Shown here one piece after another: positions 27,668-32,435 of a stretch of DNA of 32,435 nt (position 1 is its first letter; each line of letters opens with the position of its first letter). Location of the stretch: positions 1 through 32,435 of the forward strand of contig JAUWZT010000003.1 of assembly GCA_030615145.1 (NCBI GenBank). Reading direction: 5' to 3'. The DNA comes from Promethearchaeota archaeon (GTDB lineage Archaea > Asgardarchaeota > Lokiarchaeia > Sigyniarchaeales > SOKP01). The notes below the pieces were generated by a model. The model did not search any database and was not told the DNA's origin. It worked only from the letters and a program-made list of their open reading frames with translations. Made by a program: the position numbers and the translations under genes.

Positions 27668-29110
27668 TTAAACGTTTCTTTCACGTTTCCAATTAGCATT
27701 ATCGCTAGTTCTTAAATACCACCTTAAAAGTTTCTCTTTAAGATCAGCTTTAATTTTGTCGTAAGCATATATGTCAATTAAATTACTAGCTTCATTTGGA
27801 TCGTACATTAAATCGTAAAGCTCTTCCTTCCCACTATCTCGAATGACGAGTTTCCATGTTTTGGTTCTTATCATAGCAGATCGAGCTACGGTTGATGGAT
27901 TTTCTTGAGGTATATTAGTTTTATCGTAATAAATACCAATACCCTGCATTTCAGGACTTTTAACAACCGGTTCAAAACATTGAGGTTCGCGAGGGTTATA
28001 TCCTCCCTCAGCAAAAACAGCATCTCTTAGTTTCAGTAAGCTTCCTTCTAGAAAAGGAATTAAATTCTTGCCAAAGTGAGTATATTGAGTTTCAATTTGA
28101 GCAATATTCAATACTGTAGGAAAAAGATCAATAGTTTGAACAAATTGCTCGTATAGAATTCCTTTTGATTCGATACCAGGTATTTTTGTAATTAACGGAA
28201 CATTGATAAGACAATCTTGGAACGCGTTAGGCCATTTTTCTGTTAATCCATAGTCTCCCGTATAATCTCCATGATCAGAAAAGAAGAATATTGCGCTATT
28301 TTCATAGGCTCCGAGACTCTTTAATATATCGATTATTTGCCCAACTTGGTAATCTACGCGAGAAACCATTCCATAATATGTAGCGATAATTTCTTTAAAA
28401 TCATCTTTATCTAAATTGTTCAAACCGTACTTTCCTTGAATTAAACGCATAAATTCTGGCTTATCGTCCAATTTAGGCGGCACTGGGGCTGGTACTAATT
28501 CTCGATCGTACATAGAAAAGTAAGGCTCCTCAACCCTGTAAGGAGTATGAGGGAAGTTCAAGGCAATATATAGGCAAAAAGGATTCTTAGGATCAGAATT
28601 CAAATAGTTAATTGCCTTTTGAATAATATGATAATCAATATCTCTTGATTCTTCTAATGTTCTCTCACCATAATAAAAAGATTTTCTCATAGGATGATCT
28701 AAGGGATAGGGATTAGTTTTCCAAGCACCCATTTTCGTTCTTAACCTTTTCGTTACGCTTTGGCTAATAGCATCTTTACTAAAAAGATCGTTTCTTCCAA
28801 TCCATATGACTTCGTAGCTTTTTTCCTTAAGAAACTTAAAAAGATTTTCTTCGTGCGGTTGTAATAATTGGTAAAGGCTTCTGTGCCCATTCGAGTGTAC
28901 ATATTGACCGGTAAAAGTACAACATCTAGAAGGTCCGCAAACTGGATTAACGGTAAAACAATTAGTAAAAGCAGCGCCGTCTTTAGCAAGTTTATCAATA
29001 TTTGGCGTTTTAATAACGGGATTTCTTCGACCATCAAAAGAAACGCAATCTCCACGCATTTCATCTGCTAAAAAAATAATAATATTAGGAAGCAGTTTCT
29101 CTTTTGCCAT
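27668..29110 (-). CDS. Cys-type formylglycine-dependent sulfatase (S1 family)
   Basis: PNIIIFLADE, TPNID.LA, CGPSR, PH.PY, SDHGD and ELYDL..DP.E..NL motifs. An alternative ATG lies at 29119. Confidence 0.93.
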   Translation of the reverse strand: MAKEKLLPNIIIFLADEMRGDCVSFDGRRNPVIKTPNIDKLAKDGAAFTNCFTVNPVCGPSRCCTFTGQYVHSNGHRSLYQLLQPHEENLFKFLKEKSYEVIWIGRNDLFSKDAISQSVTKRLRTKMGAWKTNPYPLDHPMRKSFYYGERTLEESRDIDYHIIQKAINYLNSDPKNPFCLYIALNFPHTPYRVEEPYFSMYDRELVPAPVPPKLDDKPEFMRLIQGKYGLNNLDKDDFKEIIATYYGMVSRVDYQVGQIIDILKSLGAYENSAIFFFSDHGDYTGDYGLTEKWPNAFQDCLINVPLITKIPGIESKGILYEQFVQTIDLFPTVLNIAQIETQYTHFGKNLIPFLEGSLLKLRDAVFAEGGYNPREPQCFEPVVKSPEMQGIGIYYDKTNIPQENPSTVARSAMIRTKTWKLVIRDSGKEELYDLMYDPNEASNLIDIYAYDKIKADLKEKLLRWYLRTSDNANWKRERNV

Positions 29111-29242
29111 GTTTAACATTTATCATTTAAGATTTAAAAATTTAATAATTAATAATTCAAGGTTATTTTAAAATATTCAAAATCTAATATGAATATCCCA
29201 ACACTTTTAATTTTCGAAAAATTATTCAAAAGGATATAAACT

Positions 29243-30403
29243 ATGAACTCAAGGGAAAGAGTAAATACAACTTTAAATCATAAAGAACCCGATAAAGTTC
29301 CGATTGATTTAGGAGGAAATCAATCAAGTATTCATATTAAAGCGTACAAGAAATTATTGGATTACCTTGAAATTGAAGATGAGAACGTTCAATACGCTGA
29401 TTTCGTTCAACAAATCGTACGCCCATGTGATAAAGTCTTAGAAAGATTTAGCATTGATGTAAGATATGTTCAACCTTTAGGGGGGATGGTTAGAGTTATA
29501 GATATGGAACCTCAATACGAGGGCAAATATGTGGGCGTTTATGACCAGTTTGGTGTGTTTTGGGGGAACGACGCTAAAAAAGATTTAGACGAGATATTAT
29601 ATTACGATCCTGTTATTCATCCTTTTGCTGATTTTAAATCTGTTAGCGATATAAGAGATTTTGACTGGCCCAATGGGAGAGATAAAACACCCTTTAACGG
29701 ATTGAAGGAATACGCTAAAAATTTGCGCGATAATACTGATTTTGCATTATCGACTCCTCCAGTTGGATGCATTTATGAATATTGCACGTTTTTATTTGGT
29801 TTCATAAAAACTTTAAGATATTTAAGAATTAAGCCAGAATTACTAATTGCAGCAATGCAAGGTTTATTAAAGTATTGGACCGATTATGTTACGACCTTTT
29901 TAGACGAAGTTGGAAGTTATTTAGATGTAGTATGCATCAACGGTGATCTTGCGGAACAAGCAGGACCTATAATGAGTGTTAAGCTTTACGAAAATATGAT
30001 AAAACCGATAGAAAGGAAATTATCAAAAAAAATTCGCGAATTAGTAGAAACGAAAATAAACTATCATTCCTGCGGTTCGATTTCGCTATTTATACCCCAT
30101 TTTGCTGAGATTGGGTATGATGTTATTAATCCAGTACAAATAAGTGCCTATGATATGGAGCCTTGTTCCCTAAAGAAGCGATTTGGAGATATAATGTCGT
30201 TTTGGGGTGGTTTATGTAACACTCAAAATACATTACCCTTTGGAACGCTTAAAGAAATAAGGGACGAGGTACGAAGAAATTTCGAATGTTTGAAACCCGG
30301 CGGAGGTTTTGTTGCGTCTAACATCCATAATATAACTGCCGAAGTTCCTCCTCAGAATATTGTAGCCATGTTTGATGCCGCTAACGAGTTTGGAAGTTAT
30401 TAA
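29243..30403 (+). CDS. URO-D/MtaA-CmuA family protein
   Basis: MNSRERV...LNHKEPDKVPIDLG, GDL..Q, HSCG, NPVQISA, FWGG and GGGFVASNIHNI motifs. Confidence 0.9.
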   Translation: MNSRERVNTTLNHKEPDKVPIDLGGNQSSIHIKAYKKLLDYLEIEDENVQYADFVQQIVRPCDKVLERFSIDVRYVQPLGGMVRVIDMEPQYEGKYVGVYDQFGVFWGNDAKKDLDEILYYDPVIHPFADFKSVSDIRDFDWPNGRDKTPFNGLKEYAKNLRDNTDFALSTPPVGCIYEYCTFLFGFIKTLRYLRIKPELLIAAMQGLLKYWTDYVTTFLDEVGSYLDVVCINGDLAEQAGPIMSVKLYENMIKPIERKLSKKIRELVETKINYHSCGSISLFIPHFAEIGYDVINPVQISAYDMEPCSLKKRFGDIMSFWGGLCNTQNTLPFGTLKEIRDEVRRNFECLKPGGGFVASNIHNITAEVPPQNIVAMFDAANEFGSY

Positions 30404-30469
30404 TAATAGAGTTTTTTTACAATCAATGTTTTAATAATAAAATATTAACCTAATTAAGGGTGAAAAGAT

Positions 30470-31336
30470 ATAAAAAGTAAGAATTTTAAAATTTTTGACG
30501 CTCATCTTCATACCTATGGTACATTTCTACCTAAAAATGAAGATTTAATTAGTTATCTGGATAAACACAACATCGAAAAAGCAATTATTACTACAGTTAA
30601 TAGAGCAGCAAGCTCCAAAATCTATGCTGACAAAGATAACACTGTTGAAAATAACTCTTCTAACAATGATGTCGTAAAGAGAGCGTTTGAAAACTTAAGG
30701 AGGTTAATGCCAAAAGGTCAATTGGACCATCAAGATGTTATTAACATATCAAACAAAGATCCAGAAAGATTTTATAAATTCTTCTGGTTCAACCCAAAAA
30801 TCAAACCTGAAGATGAGGAGAGCAATTACAAAGTCTTAGAAGATCATTTTGACTTAGGTTTTTGTGGGGTTAAGATCCATTCCGGCATTCACTTAATAAA
30901 AATTCCAAGAGATATCATAAAACTAGTTTCTTTTATGCAAGATTATGACATGAAATTTCCGTTATTCGTTCACTTTACGCCAAAATTTTCTGCTTTTGGA
31001 GGAATAAGCAGTAAAGATATAGCAAAATTAGCAAAAAATTATCCAAATTTGCGTATCATTATTGGACATGCTGCGTTGGCAATGGAGTTTGCAATAGATC
31101 TTGGAATGAGCTTAAAACAATATAAAAACGTATTTTTTGAAACTTCGTGTTCTATACCTTACGGGATATTAGGTTTGATAAAAATGGTAGGGCATAAACG
31201 CATATTATTTGGAACAGATGCGCCAGTCACTAATCCAATAAAACTTGAAATTGATAAAATATTATGCTTACCAATTACCGATGATCAAAAACGCGATGTT
31301 TTTTTCAACAACATTGACAGCATAATTAGAAAATAA
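30470..31336 (+). CDS. Amidohydrolase_2 family metal-dependent hydrolase (true N-terminus upstream of the ORF-track ATG 30707)
   Basis: The frame is open from 30464 and encodes KIFDAHLH (HxH at about 30503-30511), followed by GVKIH, FVH, IIGH, FETS and ILFGTDAP. Start is probably ATA 30470. Confidence 0.8.
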   Translation: MKSKNFKIFDAHLHTYGTFLPKNEDLISYLDKHNIEKAIITTVNRAASSKIYADKDNTVENNSSNNDVVKRAFENLRRLMPKGQLDHQDVINISNKDPERFYKFFWFNPKIKPEDEESNYKVLEDHFDLGFCGVKIHSGIHLIKIPRDIIKLVSFMQDYDMKFPLFVHFTPKFSAFGGISSKDIAKLAKNYPNLRIIIGHAALAMEFAIDLGMSLKQYKNVFFETSCSIPYGILGLIKMVGHKRILFGTDAPVTNPIKLEIDKILCLPITDDQKRDVFFNNIDSIIRK

Positions 31337-31557
31337 ACCATTAATTTTCAAAGGTTTTAAATTTTTTTAGATTACCTTTCAAATCTTCCACTAACATTTT
31401 ATCGATATTAACTAATTAATTAATTTTGACTTTAAAATTATTGTCGAGAAAATAATTAACGATTAAGTCGATTATTTCTGTTTTAATAATAGAATATATA
31501 AACGTAGTTGTGTAATTTTTTATTATAATCTTGTAAAAAATTATCAGAGTTGATAAA

Positions 31558-32124
31558 GTGAAAAATTTAGGGGATGATAATTACTACAAAGAGAACAATA
31601 ATTGGGACGTCATAGAAGTTTCAAAGGTTAACGACAAAATTATTAAAAAGCTTTTAAATTATCTGAAATATGATATATCAGAAAACTTCTTTATTTCCTT
31701 TGAAAGCCTTTTAAAATTAGGAAATAAAGTTCCAGAAGCTACAATTCAAAATATTATCAATGAGTTAGACCAAACTCACAATTTCAAAAAGGACTTGTTT
31801 CATTTCATTTTAAGCTTTGTAAAAAATGGCACAGTAGAATTTCACTTATTACCTCAAATATATAGCCCAGATTTCATTGTTAGGGCTCGAGCCATAATGA
31901 AAATAAAACAAAATAACGATACAAGATATCTAAAGTTCCTACTCCCGTTATTAGACGACCCTGACGATTCCGTAAGATGGAGCGTGATAAAATTCTTGGC
32001 TAAGCATAAAAATAATCCAATAATCTTTAATGAATTAAAAAATCACTTGAATAAGGAGTTAAATCCTATAATTTATAGTAATTTGAAGGAAATATTTGAA
32101 TTAGAGCTTAAAATTAGAGAATAA
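31558..32124 (+). CDS. HEAT-repeat domain protein
   Basis: SPDFIVRARAI, LLPLLDDPDDSVRWSVI and ELNPII are HEAT/PBS-type repeats. Confidence 0.75.
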   Translation: MKNLGDDNYYKENNNWDVIEVSKVNDKIIKKLLNYLKYDISENFFISFESLLKLGNKVPEATIQNIINELDQTHNFKKDLFHFILSFVKNGTVEFHLLPQIYSPDFIVRARAIMKIKQNNDTRYLKFLLPLLDDPDDSVRWSVIKFLAKHKNNPIIFNELKNHLNKELNPIIYSNLKEIFELELKIRE

Positions 32125-32301
32125 AGAATAAGAGAACATAAAAAATACAACTTAGAATTACATCTATTTTTAAATATCTTGGTGTTCTCTTTTTTTGTAG
32201 AAATTCACTGCTGAATTTTGTTAATTCAAGACTTATCTTATTTAAAAAAAAAGTAAACAATTAAAAAAGACATTTTTAATTATATATATATACACACTTT
32301 A

Positions 32302-32433
32302 CTAAAACTTTGTATATATTTTGATGCGGGAGTGAACTCGATAGAGTAAATCTTGACACTCTTTCTTATATTCGGCCATCTCGTGCAACTTTAATTCTTT
32401 TACGATCGAATCAAACGCTTTGGAAAATGGCAG
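32302..32433 (-). CDS. 3' end of an unidentified CDS running in from beyond the window
   Basis: Open frame LPFSKAFDSIVKELKLHEMAEYKKECQDLLYRVHSRIKIYTKF* with coding-like base composition. Confidence 0.5.
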   Translation of the reverse strand: MPFSKAFDSIVKELKLHEMAEYKKECQDLLYRVHSRIKIYTKF

Positions 32434-32435
32434 GT

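Noticed and set aside
1566-29071. Short overlapping ORF-track entries (e.g. 1566-1928, 4145-4336, 4184-4456, 5265-5471, 7620-7811, 8191-8391, 10218-10505, 12302-12514, 16371-17680, 18806-19354, 19643-19912, 21495-22007, 22788-23009, 24025-24930, 27181-27402, 28753-29071)
   Set aside because: These are antisense or alternate-frame shadows of well-supported genes and have no recognisable motifs.
11117-29220. Recurrent TTCG/CGAAA words upstream of several genes as a regulon motif
   Set aside because: They are short and degenerate, and several are better explained as BRE elements preceding TATA boxes.
11131-30403. Calling the URO-D-fold genes hemE
   Set aside because: The HemE RQAGR motif is absent, H-x-C/D metal motifs are present, and there is no tetrapyrrole gene context.
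30461-30463. Selenocysteine TGA upstream of the amidohydrolase
   Set aside because: An in-frame TAA lies two codons further upstream (30455-30457) with no start in between.
32117-32295. Possible small minus-strand membrane ORF (TTG 32260), inverted repeat AAGAGAACA/TGTTCTCTT and (TA)n run
   Set aside because: Low-complexity AT-rich DNA between convergent genes; no homology or structure beyond chance.
1-32435. CRISPR array, tRNA/rRNA, transposase or integrase
   Set aside because: No spaced direct repeats, cloverleaf-like GC-rich segments or recombinase motifs were seen by eye. tRNAscan-SE and Infernal were not run.

Overview
AT-rich (about 30% GC by eye), gene-dense prokaryotic window. Several signs suggest an Asgard (Lokiarchaeia-like) archaeon, which is an inference: GGAGGTGA-type ribosome-binding sites, BRE/TATA-like leaderless promoters, an aIF-2B-like gene, an archaeal-type 2-oxoacid:ferredoxin oxidoreductase (OFOR) operon and an expansion of URO-D-fold genes. 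The most striking feature is the OFOR operon (3834-7146): a gamma-delta fusion, an alpha subunit, and a circularly permuted beta subunit. In the beta subunit the ThDP/Mg motif GDG...DN is split, with DN at the N-terminus and GDG at the C-terminus, and all four [4Fe-4S] cysteines are kept. From about 11 to 31 kb lies a catabolic island: five URO-D/MtaA-fold proteins, a CbiR-like TIM barrel, a GH36-like glycosidase, a GH172 (DUF2961) glycosidase, a fucose/arabinose-isomerase-like protein, a sulfatase, an amidohydrolase and GPH/MFS transporters. There are also two type II PIN toxin-antitoxin pairs, three gene remnants (two absent from the ORF track), a tandem pair of small unknown paralogs, and an amidohydrolase whose true N-terminus lacks a canonical start codon. 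No rRNA, tRNA, CRISPR array or transposase was recognised.
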